Positions 9,452 through 18,307 of a DNA stretch of 64,000 nucleotides are shown piece by piece. A program made the position numbers and the translations under genes. Positions within the stretch are counted from its first letter, which is position 1. Each line of letters opens with the position of its first letter. This stretch comes from a virus: IMG/VR virus record IMGVR_UViG_3300031521_000001; one strand, given 5' to 3'. The notes under the pieces were generated by a model that ran no database searches, was not told the origin of the DNA, and saw only the letters and a program-made list of their open reading frames with translations.

Positions 9452-10102
9452 TTAGAATGATACTTTTTTTAGAATGTCATTGTGATGAGTGAATGCTAAT
9501 TGTGATTTTGATGCCCTATTTAATAACATCCACTTTCCACTTTTTGCATCATCATCAAATGATAGTTCAGATGTGTTTTTTATGTGAATGACAAATGGAA
9601 ATGTAAAAAAGTTTATTTCCCTAGGATCATTAGTTCTAATCATAGGTAAAGGTTCAATGTTTTTTATATCATCACTCTTTGCCTTTGTTTCTTCATTTAG
9701 TTCTCTGAGAACGGCTTGCTGTGGTGTTTCTCCTGCATCAATAAAGCCTCCTGGTAAAGCCCAACCCCTACCGTCTTGCCTTTCTATCAGATAAACTCTA
9801 CCCTCTCTTAAAGCCACTGCATCAACTGCGAAATTTGCAACATATGATATGATATTACCATCAGTCGTTTCAAAATATTTAGTTATTGGGTGTCCTGAGT
9901 TTACAAAGTTTGCAAATTTGTCATCTATCAATGTCAATTTACCTGCTTGTTCTTTTGGTAGAATATATTCTATCCTGTTGTCTGTCTTATAAATCCAGTT
10001 ACCTTCTGGATCTTTATTGATTGCTATTATTGTTACCAATTTGCTCAAATCAAAATTTGATAGAGATTCATTCATATTAAAATTTTTAAAATTTGTTATC
10101 AT
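9452..10102 (-). CDS. Nudix hydrolase (ADP-ribose pyrophosphatase-like) with leader
   Basis: AVDAV, WALPGGFIDAGETPQQAVLRELNEET, DDA, LAFTHH; starts MITNFKNFNMNE. Confidence 0.9.
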   Translation of the reverse strand: MITNFKNFNMNESLSNFDLSKLVTIIAINKDPEGNWIYKTDNRIEYILPKEQAGKLTLIDDKFANFVNSGHPITKYFETTDGNIISYVANFAVDAVALREGRVYLIERQDGRGWALPGGFIDAGETPQQAVLRELNEETKAKSDDIKNIEPLPMIRTNDPREINFFTFPFVIHIKNTSELSFDDDAKSGKWMLLNRASKSQLAFTHHNDILKKVSF

Positions 10103-10105
10103 TAA

Positions 10106-10360
10106 TTATAATTCTATTTTTTCAAATGTGTGTGTGATTTCTATTTCTTCATCTTCTTGATTCAATATCATATCATATTCATTGATAGTTTTATCCATAT
10201 CGTAGTATTTTATTTCTTTTTCTGAAAATGTTCTAGCATATTCTATGTCCAATACTAACATTTCGCCAATAACATCATCAATATAAAAGTAATAATCATC
10301 GTATTTATATACGTATTTTTTTAATAATAAATTCTCATTGAATTTATTTAATCTTTTCAT
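10106..10360 (-). CDS. Small acidic protein with leader (start corrected to 10360)
   Basis: MKRLNKFNEN at 10360; the upstream extension in the ORF track overlaps the promoter region. Confidence 0.65.
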   Translation of the reverse strand: MKRLNKFNENLLLKKYVYKYDDYYFYIDDVIGEMLVLDIEYARTFSEKEIKYYDMDKTINEYDMILNQEDEEIEITHTFEKIEL

Positions 10361-10451
10361 GACTTCAGTTTTTATATTTTGCAAATATACAACTATTTTA
10401 TGTAATAAAAAAATAATATATACATTATATATAAAAAATAATAAATAAATT

Positions 10452-11057
10452 ATGGACCAAAACATTATTAATAAATTGAAAGGACACGTTCCAGATGTAG
10501 TGTTGGCACAAATACCTGAAACTGCAACAAAATTTAATATAACAACATCACTTAGATTGTGTCATTTTTTATCTCAGTGTGCTCATGAGAGTATGAATTT
10601 TTCAGCAGTGAAAGAAAATTTGAATTATTCTGCTGCTGCATTAAAGTCAACATTTCCTAAATATTTTCCTGGTACGTTGAATGAATCATATGCTAGAAAA
10701 CCAGATAAAATCGCGAGTAGAGCATATGCAAATAGAATGGGTAATGGAGATGAAGCATCTGGTGATGGTTATAAATATTGCGGAAGGGGTTATATTCAAC
10801 TTACTGGTAAAGTGAATTATTCTGCATTTGATAAACTTGTTACTGAAGATTTATTGACTAATCCAGGTTTGGTAGCAACTAAATATCCATTGATGAGTGC
10901 AGCTTTTTTCTTCAACACTAATAATTTATGGACTATTTGTGATAAAGGAAGTTCTACCCAAGTTATAACTGAATTAACTAAACGTATTAATGGAGGTACA
11001 AATGGGTTGGATGACAGAATAGCTATTTTTAATAAATATTTTAATATTTTGAAATAA
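10452..11057 (+). CDS. Glycoside hydrolase family 19 endolysin
   Basis: FLSQCAHES, ENLNYS, YANRMGNG, GRGYIQLTGKVNY, INGGTNGLDDR. Confidence 0.92.
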   Translation: MDQNIINKLKGHVPDVVLAQIPETATKFNITTSLRLCHFLSQCAHESMNFSAVKENLNYSAAALKSTFPKYFPGTLNESYARKPDKIASRAYANRMGNGDEASGDGYKYCGRGYIQLTGKVNYSAFDKLVTEDLLTNPGLVATKYPLMSAAFFFNTNNLWTICDKGSSTQVITELTKRINGGTNGLDDRIAIFNKYFNILK

Positions 11058-11059
11058 AT

Positions 11060-11094
11060 AAAAAGTGATTATCAATTGATAATCACTTTTTTTT
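11060..11094. terminator. Bidirectional intrinsic terminator
   Basis: Perfect palindrome AAAAGTGATTATCAATTGATAATCACTTTT between convergent genes. Confidence 0.8.
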
Positions 11095-11425
11095 ATAAAT
11101 TGAATTTTTCTGTGTTTTCTTTCATTTTAAATATTTCTATTTCATTCTGTGTTGCATATCTTAGTATTTGATTAGTATCAAAACATATTATATCTTCACA
11201 AAACTCAAACATAGACAGTGGCAAATTCATATAACGTAGAGTTATGAAATCATCATCTATTCCGTTTAGTTCCATGTCTACTATTTCTCCTGCTTCATTA
11301 CTCAAGTAATTATTTATCTCATCAATTGTATAACCGTCTGTTTCTGTCCAATCAACTTTACCTATAACAAAATCTCCAATTTCGTATTTTTTTATTTTAT
11401 TTTCAAAGTATTTTAAATGTTTCAT
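11093..11425 (-). CDS. Leader/KFNL-family protein
   Basis: MKHLKYFEN, YEIGDFV, RYATQNEIE, TEKFNL. Confidence 0.8.
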   Translation of the reverse strand: MKHLKYFENKIKKYEIGDFVIGKVDWTETDGYTIDEINNYLSNEAGEIVDMELNGIDDDFITLRYMNLPLSMFEFCEDIICFDTNQILRYATQNEIEIFKMKENTEKFNL

Positions 11426-11456
11426 ATAGTTATATATTAATATTTTTAAATATTTT

Positions 11457-11642
11457 TTATATTATGTTGTCTGTATCTATATTTTTTTCATTTTTTAGAT
11501 ATTCTCTTATTAGTTTTTCAACTATTTTTGATTTATTGACATCTTTTTCTATAGATACTTCTTCTAATAAATCGTATATTTTTTTATTTAAAGAAACTGG
11601 TAAATTTTTTCTTTTGTCTTTTTCTTCTAATCGGTTTGCCAT
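11457..11642 (-). CDS. Ribbon-helix-helix DNA-binding protein
   Basis: LPVSLNKKIYDLLEE...NKSKIVEKLIREYL. Confidence 0.7.
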   Translation of the reverse strand: MANRLEEKDKRKNLPVSLNKKIYDLLEEVSIEKDVNKSKIVEKLIREYLKNEKNIDTDNII

Positions 11643-11777
11643 AATTTTGTAATGTTTATTTGATGTATTAATTTTTGTTTTATTTGTTTTTATTATTTTA
11701 AAAATAATGTAAAATAAATGTGAAAATAGTGTTTTATGACTTTTGATTATTTATATATAGTAATAAAAAAAGAAGTT

Positions 11778-11942
11778 ATGAAAACAAAGAAAATAGGAAC
11801 AACATTCACTATAAATCCGAAGATATTAGAATTATTAGAATTATTAAATGATGACACAAAAAACAAATCAAAATTGGTAGAATGGTTATTATTAAATTAT
11901 TTTAAGAGTATTGGTAAAAATGTAGAAGATATAATATTATGA
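11778..11942 (+). CDS. Ribbon-helix-helix DNA-binding protein (likely start 11778)
   Basis: TTFTINPKILELL...NKSKLVEWLLLNYF; TATATATA at 11752-11759. Confidence 0.65.
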   Translation: MKTKKIGTTFTINPKILELLELLNDDTKNKSKLVEWLLLNYFKSIGKNVEDIIL

Positions 11943-13144
11943 TAATAGATAAAAAAATAATAGTAAAGTTAAATGGTCGTAGTAAGTCTCATTATAGGAA
12001 TTTTGGTTATGTTATAGCAGTAAGTGATAATGAAATTGAAGTAGATGTTTTAGATTTATCTAAAGGTAGTAATGTTAAAATAAATTGTAAATGTGATAAT
12101 TGTGGTGATGTTCGTAGTATAACATATAGTAATTATAATTTACAAACTAATTTTGGAACTGATAATTTGTATTGTTTAAAATGTAAAAATATAAAATATA
12201 AAAAAACTTGCTTAAAAATATATGGAGTTGAAAATGTATCTCAATCAAAAAATATTAAAGATAAGAAAAAGGAGAAATCGTTATTAAAATATGATTGTGA
12301 ATATGTTTTTCAATCAGAAGAAATTAAAGATAAAATAAAGAAAACTAATTTAGATAGATATGGAGTAGAATATGCATTACAAAATTATGATATTTATAAT
12401 AAAATGATGCAAACAAATTTAGATAAATATGGTTGCGAAAATGTTTTCCAGAATGAAGAAATAAAAAAAAGAATAGAAAAAGATAATTTAGACTTGTATG
12501 GAGTCACAAATTTAAATAAGTTAGAATCTCAAAAAAATAAAATAAAAAATACTATAATAGAAAAATATGGAGTTGATAGTATATTTAAATCTGATGAAAT
12601 AAAAATAAAAAGCAAAAAAACTAATTTGAATAAATATGGGTTTGATCATCCTATGAAATCTGATATCGTAAAAGCCAAGACATTAAGAACAAATTTAGAA
12701 CGATATGGAGAATCATCTGCTATGAAATTAGATAGTGTTAAACTTAAAACAAAAGAGACAAATTTAAAAAGATATGGAGTAGAATGTACAATGCAAAATA
12801 TAGATGTATTTAATAAACATTTAAAAAATTCGTATATTATAAATAAATATGAATCTATATCATATCAAGGAACTTATGAGTTGGATTTTTTAGAAAAATA
12901 TTATAATATTGGAATTAATAAATATGACGCCATATCATATTTATATGAAAATAAGAATAGAATATATTATCCAGATTTTTATTATAAACCTTTAAATTTA
13001 ATTATTGAGATAAAGTCAAATTATTATTATTATAAATGTTTATATAAAAATTTAGCAAAACAAAAATCTTGTATAGAACAAGGATATAATTTTATTTTTA
13101 TAATAGATAAGAATTATGATGAATTTAAAAAACTGATTAGTTAA
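11939..13144 (+). CDS. Homing-endonuclease-like protein: Zn-ribbon, YGV repeats, PD-(D/E)xK nuclease
   Basis: CKCDNCG, about 9 (K/R)YG(V/C)xN repeats, YYPDFY...IIEIKS. Confidence 0.75.
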   Translation: MIIDKKIIVKLNGRSKSHYRNFGYVIAVSDNEIEVDVLDLSKGSNVKINCKCDNCGDVRSITYSNYNLQTNFGTDNLYCLKCKNIKYKKTCLKIYGVENVSQSKNIKDKKKEKSLLKYDCEYVFQSEEIKDKIKKTNLDRYGVEYALQNYDIYNKMMQTNLDKYGCENVFQNEEIKKRIEKDNLDLYGVTNLNKLESQKNKIKNTIIEKYGVDSIFKSDEIKIKSKKTNLNKYGFDHPMKSDIVKAKTLRTNLERYGESSAMKLDSVKLKTKETNLKRYGVECTMQNIDVFNKHLKNSYIINKYESISYQGTYELDFLEKYYNIGINKYDAISYLYENKNRIYYPDFYYKPLNLIIEIKSNYYYYKCLYKNLAKQKSCIEQGYNFIFIIDKNYDEFKKLIS

Positions 13145-13834
13145 TTAAGTAATCAGGGTTGATGTACCGATTCGATCTACCAAAGTTTTTATCTCTTTTA
13201 TTTGTTCGGTTGTTCTAATACCACCAGTGAATTTTATTTTAACATAATCAGGTAATATTTTTCTCATGAATTTAACTTTCTCAATTTTCTGCTCAAATGA
13301 TTCATCATTAGGAAGTTTTCCTGTTGATGTTGATATGTAATCTACATTATTTTCAATGCATATTCTACAAATTTTCTCAATTTCTTCATTATTTAGTGCA
13401 CCGATTTCAATAGTTAATTTTATAATAGAACCTTCTTTGTGACAATATTCAGATAATTTTCTGACTTCTGTTTCTAATTCATCTATTTTATCTTTTTTAA
13501 CTAATTCATAATTAAGAACTACATCAATTTCATCAGCTCCGTTTACGATTGATTTGTCAATTTGATCAAGTTTATATTTAGTTATTGAGTTTCCTTTTGG
13601 AAAATCAATTAGTGCTGATATTTTCATTTCATTTTTTACAAATGAATAAACTGATGCTACGTATTCAGGTAATATAGATACAGCATAAAAATTATTATCT
13701 TCTGCTTCTTTACAAAAATCTTTAATTTGATCATTAGTTAAACTATCTGATAATCTAGTGTAATCAATTAATTTGTAGTTTTCGTTCTTTTCTTTATTAT
13801 CTAAATATTCTAATATTCTTTTATAGACAATCAT
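13145..13834 (-). CDS. deoC: Deoxyribose-phosphate aldolase-like protein (Schiff-base Lys replaced)
   Basis: IDYTRL, DFPKG, GADEIDVV, KLTIE, DYISTSTG, IKFTGGIRT, RIGTS. Confidence 0.85.
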   Translation of the reverse strand: MIVYKRILEYLDNKEKNENYKLIDYTRLSDSLTNDQIKDFCKEAEDNNFYAVSILPEYVASVYSFVKNEMKISALIDFPKGNSITKYKLDQIDKSIVNGADEIDVVLNYELVKKDKIDELETEVRKLSEYCHKEGSIIKLTIEIGALNNEEIEKICRICIENNVDYISTSTGKLPNDESFEQKIEKVKFMRKILPDYVKIKFTGGIRTTEQIKEIKTLVDRIGTSTLIT

Positions 13835-13884
13835 GTTTTGAAACCTTATTTTTCTATATATATTAAAAAATAATAATCAAATTA

Positions 13885-14412
13885 ATGACAGCAGGAAGAA
13901 ATAGTATATCTAAAAATAAAACATGGAATACCCCACCTAAATTTGTAGAATTAATAAATAAAATGTTGGTTGAGGTTGAGTTAGATCCTTGTAGTAATGA
14001 GACTAGTATGATAGATGCTAAAATTAAATATATTTTACCAACAGATGGATTAAAAGAAAGTTGGAACTATAAAACGTTATTTGTTAATCCACCATACGGT
14101 TTTGATATAGAAAATAAAACAAAAATATATGATTGGATTAAAAAGGGAGTTGAAGCGAATGAAAATTATAAAAGTGAAATTTTGTATCTGATTCCAGTTG
14201 CTACTAATACTAAGCATTTTAAAGATTTGATATTCAAAAAAGCAAAAGGTTTGTGCTTTTTGAAAGATACAAGATTAAAATTTTGGAGTGAAGGTGTTGA
14301 AGATAAAAAAGGTGCTCCAATGGCTTGCTGCTTTATATATTTTGGGAATAATTATGAAAAATTTGATTTGTTATTTTCTGATTTTGGACAATGTTTTGAA
14401 ATAAAATCATAA
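13885..14412 (+). CDS. Phage DNA N6-adenine methyltransferase
   Basis: WNTPP, ELDPC, FVNPPYG, LIPVATNT, RLKF. Confidence 0.88.
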   Translation: MTAGRNSISKNKTWNTPPKFVELINKMLVEVELDPCSNETSMIDAKIKYILPTDGLKESWNYKTLFVNPPYGFDIENKTKIYDWIKKGVEANENYKSEILYLIPVATNTKHFKDLIFKKAKGLCFLKDTRLKFWSEGVEDKKGAPMACCFIYFGNNYEKFDLLFSDFGQCFEIKS

Positions 14413-14784
14413 ATTGAATTTATTTGCTGATAGTGACAAGTAATATTTTTCTGTTTCTTCTGGGGTGGCTTCTCTTAGATGTAATAAATCTTTTGATGTT
14501 AAAGATTTATTATATACGATTGTATTATTGAAAATAGTTTTAATATCTCCATGTGGATTATTGAAATCTATTGGATTTGCAAAATTCTTTCTTGGTTTTG
14601 GTGTTTCATCATAGCCGTTATCAAAAATATCATATAAACAATATAATTTTTGTGGTTCTATGTTCCTATGCTCAAATGGTTTAATTTTTCCAATTGCTAT
14701 ATATCCAATAGTATCATAAATATATATTTTATTAAAGTCTATATCAATTGTAGATACATTTTCAAATGTTTTCAAATGCTTCAT
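14407..14784 (-). CDS. Leader/KFNL-family protein
   Basis: MKHLKTFEN ... REATPEETEKY ... ANKFNL; close paralog of 15060..15392. Confidence 0.8.
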   Translation of the reverse strand: MKHLKTFENVSTIDIDFNKIYIYDTIGYIAIGKIKPFEHRNIEPQKLYCLYDIFDNGYDETPKPRKNFANPIDFNNPHGDIKTIFNNTIVYNKSLTSKDLLHLREATPEETEKYYLSLSANKFNL

Positions 14785-14785
14785 T

Positions 14786-15058
14786 TTATAAATTGAATTT
14801 ATTTGTTGTTGTAGATATATTAGATATTTCTATATCTTCTGGTGTTGCTATTCTCATAATTTCGTCAGGATATATTTTAACAGTAGGATATTCATGATTG
14901 CCTTGATTTAAAAACTTACAAGTGTAACTACCAAAATCATTATCTGCTATGATTGTCATTATTTCTTCATCTATTTGATTGAATTCACTAATTACTAATA
15001 CACAATCTCCAATTTTATATTCTTCATCAAATGTTTCAAATATTTTTAAATGTTTCAT
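14786..15058 (-). CDS. Leader/KFNL-family protein
   Basis: MKHLKIFET, YKIGDCV, RIATPEDIE, TNKFNL. Confidence 0.8.
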   Translation of the reverse strand: MKHLKIFETFDEEYKIGDCVLVISEFNQIDEEIMTIIADNDFGSYTCKFLNQGNHEYPTVKIYPDEIMRIATPEDIEISNISTTTNKFNL

Positions 15059-15059
15059 A

Positions 15060-15392
15060 TTATAGATTAAATTTGTTTGTTGATATTGCTAAATTGTATT
15101 TTTCTGTTTCTTCAGTGGTAGCTTCTCTTATGTACAATAAATTTTCGATTGTTAGTTTCATGTAAAATTTTGATAAATGAACAAAATCTACATCACTAAG
15201 ATATTTTCCAGTAGTACGAAAAATATCATCATAATCATTATCAAAAATATCTTTTAATTTATATGGTGTTTTTATATAGGTAAAAGGTTCAATTTTTCCA
15301 AATGCTACATATCCACTGTTTCCATATCTATATACTTTGTTAAAATCTATTTCTTTTTCTTTAATGCTTTCAAAATTTTTTAAATATTTCAT
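15060..15392 (-). CDS. Leader/KFNL-family protein
   Basis: MKYLKNFES ... REATTEETEKY ... TNKFNL. Confidence 0.8.
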   Translation of the reverse strand: MKYLKNFESIKEKEIDFNKVYRYGNSGYVAFGKIEPFTYIKTPYKLKDIFDNDYDDIFRTTGKYLSDVDFVHLSKFYMKLTIENLLYIREATTEETEKYNLAISTNKFNL

Positions 15393-15393
15393 A

Positions 15394-15753
15394 TTATAGA
15401 TTAAATTTTTTTGATTGTATAATTAATGAAAGTTTATCAAAAACATCTTTTGATGTGTTAGCTTGATATACTATTTTATTATCTAAGTTTTTGAAACGGT
15501 AATATTCTCTATTACCAATCTTCCCCATTCTACGATCACTATAATTTTTTTCGTCTTGATATTCGTATAGTATCTTTAATGTTGTATCGTAATAATTGCT
15601 ATTGGAATCATGTTTTAAAATTTTGAATATTACATATACTGGTTCTTCTCCTTCATTATAAAAATTTCTATCCCATCTATCTTCTTTGTTTAGTAAACAA
15701 AGAAGATATTTTTTTGGATTATTTAAGTTTTCAAATGTATTTAAATATTTCAT
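15394..15753 (-). CDS. Leader/KFNL-family protein
   Basis: MKYLNTFEN ... SKKFNL. Confidence 0.8.
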   Translation of the reverse strand: MKYLNTFENLNNPKKYLLCLLNKEDRWDRNFYNEGEEPVYVIFKILKHDSNSNYYDTTLKILYEYQDEKNYSDRRMGKIGNREYYRFKNLDNKIVYQANTSKDVFDKLSLIIQSKKFNL

Positions 15754-16335
15754 TTAGTCTATTATTTTCAATTTTGCACCGTCTTTTATTAAAGATTTTA
15801 TTTCATCTGTACTAATATTTTCTTTGAATTTAGATGTTTTCTTTTCTGTTTCTTTTAATATCCAATTGTTACCAGAATTTGATGTTTGATAAATATATGT
15901 GATATTATCTTGTGTTAATTTTATGGTTTTTGCTGTTAGTTTTTTGTAAAAATCTTCAACTTTACCTTTTATTAAATATATTTCAATAGGAAACCATTTA
16001 TCATCTTTGTAATATTGTAAAATTATATAATTTGGATTATCTAAAACTGTTTCATTTCTACTATAAAGAAAGAAAAATTTCATATCTATATCTTTTCTTA
16101 AAAAATTCTCAATTTCCATTGTTGTTTCCATTTCTCCTTTTTTAAGGTTTTGTTTAAAGAGTTGCTGATTGAAATCACTATCATCATATAAAAAATCTAT
16201 TGTTTTATTTATATAATCATCATTTGATAATCCAATTTTAAAGAAATCTACTTTGGTGTCATTTATGCTATTTAATAATCCATCAACATCAGTTGTTATA
16301 GATTCTTTTATGTATTGTAAATATTTTTTTATCAT
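15754..16335 (-). CDS. Hypothetical protein with leader
   Basis: MIKKYLQYIKE. Confidence 0.75.
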   Translation of the reverse strand: MIKKYLQYIKESITTDVDGLLNSINDTKVDFFKIGLSNDDYINKTIDFLYDDSDFNQQLFKQNLKKGEMETTMEIENFLRKDIDMKFFFLYSRNETVLDNPNYIILQYYKDDKWFPIEIYLIKGKVEDFYKKLTAKTIKLTQDNITYIYQTSNSGNNWILKETEKKTSKFKENISTDEIKSLIKDGAKLKIID

Positions 16336-16338
16336 TTT

Positions 16339-16599
16339 TTATAAATTAAATTTATTTGTATTATATTCAATTTCAGATATAAATCTATCACATAGAAATG
16401 TTCCTAAATTTTCTCCAATTGATTTGCCATTTATTTTACAGACATAATAATCATTTACATTTTTGAATATTTTTTTCACTAAATATCTCATTCCTTCAGT
16501 TAAGATTGAGTCTTCGTTATCTATACAAATAACATAGTCACCTTCTTTGAAATTTGAAGGACCTTTTTTTAAATTTTCGTATTTTTTAATGTATTTCAT
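16339..16599 (-). CDS. Leader/KFNL-family protein
   Basis: MKYIKKYEN, FKEGDYVIC, TNKFNL. Confidence 0.8.
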   Translation of the reverse strand: MKYIKKYENLKKGPSNFKEGDYVICIDNEDSILTEGMRYLVKKIFKNVNDYYVCKINGKSIGENLGTFLCDRFISEIEYNTNKFNL

Positions 16600-16617
16600 T
16601 ATATGTTTAATAGTTTT

Positions 16618-17037
16618 TTAATCATTATAATTTTTTAATTTTTTAACTTTATCTTTAAATTTACCACCGCCTAACACAGATGTTGGTATGGTGCTACTAT
16701 ATTGTAAAATTGAACATGTTATAAAATTTACACTAGCTCCATATGTTTGTTGATCTGGATGAGTCCACTCATCATCTTGTAATATCCACACATTCTCTCT
16801 TGGATAACAAGATATTATAAATGGATTTTCTGTAACTACTGATTTAACATAACGTCTATAATCAACAGTATCAGCAAATGTCATTGCTCTTTCTGGATAA
16901 AGTATTAAATTATCATTTTTACTTTCACGAACCAAATCATAGTAATGTTCTTCATTCGCATCATTTCCTTGAATAAAAACAAAACATTGTTCATTTTCCA
17001 TTATATTTTCTGATTCAAATTTTTTTAAATATATCAT
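16618..17037 (-). CDS. Hypothetical protein with leader
   Basis: MIYLKKFES. Confidence 0.7.
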   Translation of the reverse strand: MIYLKKFESENIMENEQCFVFIQGNDANEEHYYDLVRESKNDNLILYPERAMTFADTVDYRRYVKSVVTENPFIISCYPRENVWILQDDEWTHPDQQTYGASVNFITCSILQYSSTIPTSVLGGGKFKDKVKKLKNYND

Positions 17038-17071
17038 ATATTTTAATTTTTTTTTACTTGAAATTATATAT

Positions 17072-17668
17072 TCACAAATTAAATTTATTTACATCTCTCT
17101 CAATTTCTAATGTTGAATATGCATCATCCAATGAATCGAACTCTTTTATTGTGTTCATATCTACATTGAAACTCATTATTGATTTGGGTGCGTTATTAAA
17201 TGTATCGTCAGAATATTTAAATATTTTATTTAATGTGTGATAATATTTAAAACGTAATTTTACAGTTGGAAATCTGTGTATGTATTTAATCCAAGGTTCT
17301 GTGTCAGTAACTTCATATAATCCAATATATTTTTCGTTTTCTCCTACTATGTATTTTTTATATACCTTAAAATTTTGTACATCATCATATAGATTAGATA
17401 TTTTTATTAAACAATTTTTTAAGCTATCAGATTGATATATAACATTTAATGTATTTTTATTTAATCCAATACTGCCGCTTATTCTATCCAATCTTAATTC
17501 TGTTTTATCAAACCAATAAAAATATGACAAATATACATAATTAATTCTACTGGCTAATTTTACGCTACCTATATAAATTCTATCAGTTTCATCATCATCT
17601 ACCATTACATAATCACTATGTACATCTTCGTATGATTCATTTAAGTATTGGTTATAGTCTTTTATCAT
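17072..17668 (-). CDS. Leader/KFNL-family protein, possibly two-domain
   Basis: MIKDYNQYLNE ... VNKFNL. Confidence 0.78.
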   Translation of the reverse strand: MIKDYNQYLNESYEDVHSDYVMVDDDETDRIYIGSVKLASRINYVYLSYFYWFDKTELRLDRISGSIGLNKNTLNVIYQSDSLKNCLIKISNLYDDVQNFKVYKKYIVGENEKYIGLYEVTDTEPWIKYIHRFPTVKLRFKYYHTLNKIFKYSDDTFNNAPKSIMSFNVDMNTIKEFDSLDDAYSTLEIERDVNKFNL

Positions 17669-17973
17669 ATATTAAATTTTAGTGATGCTTTTTTTATTTC
17701 AAACTCTTCTATTTCTTCTTCAGTTAATTTTCTTTCAAAGAATTTTTCTTCTAAATAGTATTTGGATATTTTATCATCTTCAATTACTTCAAGAATATAA
17801 CGGTCATCATTTTTTATATTCAACCCTGTGATTTTAGCAAACTTAAAAACATCATTTGATATTTTACTTCTGTTGTTTTTCCAAAACTTTATAAACTCAT
17901 CTTTGAATAAAATATGATCACCAATTTCATAGTTTTTTTCATTGTTTTCTTCGAATAATCTGATGTGTCTCAT
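17665..17973 (-). CDS. Leader/KFNI-family protein
   Basis: MRHIRLFEE, YEIGDHI, RKLTEEEIEEF, SLKFNI. Confidence 0.8.
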   Translation of the reverse strand: MRHIRLFEENNEKNYEIGDHILFKDEFIKFWKNNRSKISNDVFKFAKITGLNIKNDDRYILEVIEDDKISKYYLEEKFFERKLTEEEIEEFEIKKASLKFNI

Positions 17974-18238
17974 ATATTATATTTTCTTGTTGATAAAAAA
18001 ATTTCCACATCATCTTTATTTCTTGAATGAAAATCAATATCTTTTATTTTCCACCATATTTCTTGGTTTTTACATTTTAATTTGATGTTTTGATTGTTGT
18101 TTGATAAGTTGTCTAATGTGATATATTTTTTAAAAAAAAATAATATCTTGGATGACATGATACATTAGATTTGAGTATGGTATAGTCACCTACTTCTATA
18201 TTGTTGCTTGTACCTTCAAATGTTTTTATGTGTCTCAT
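17970..18238 (-). pseudogene. Frameshifted leader/KYNI-family gene
   Basis: MRHIKTFEG...EVGDY frame stops after 41 aa; the -1 frame ends STRKYNI; T9A6 run at 18126-18140. Confidence 0.7.
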
Positions 18239-18307
18239 AATTAATCTATATATTAAAAATAAACTATTAAAAAAATAAGTTATATATTATTCAAAATAAA
18301 ATATTAT

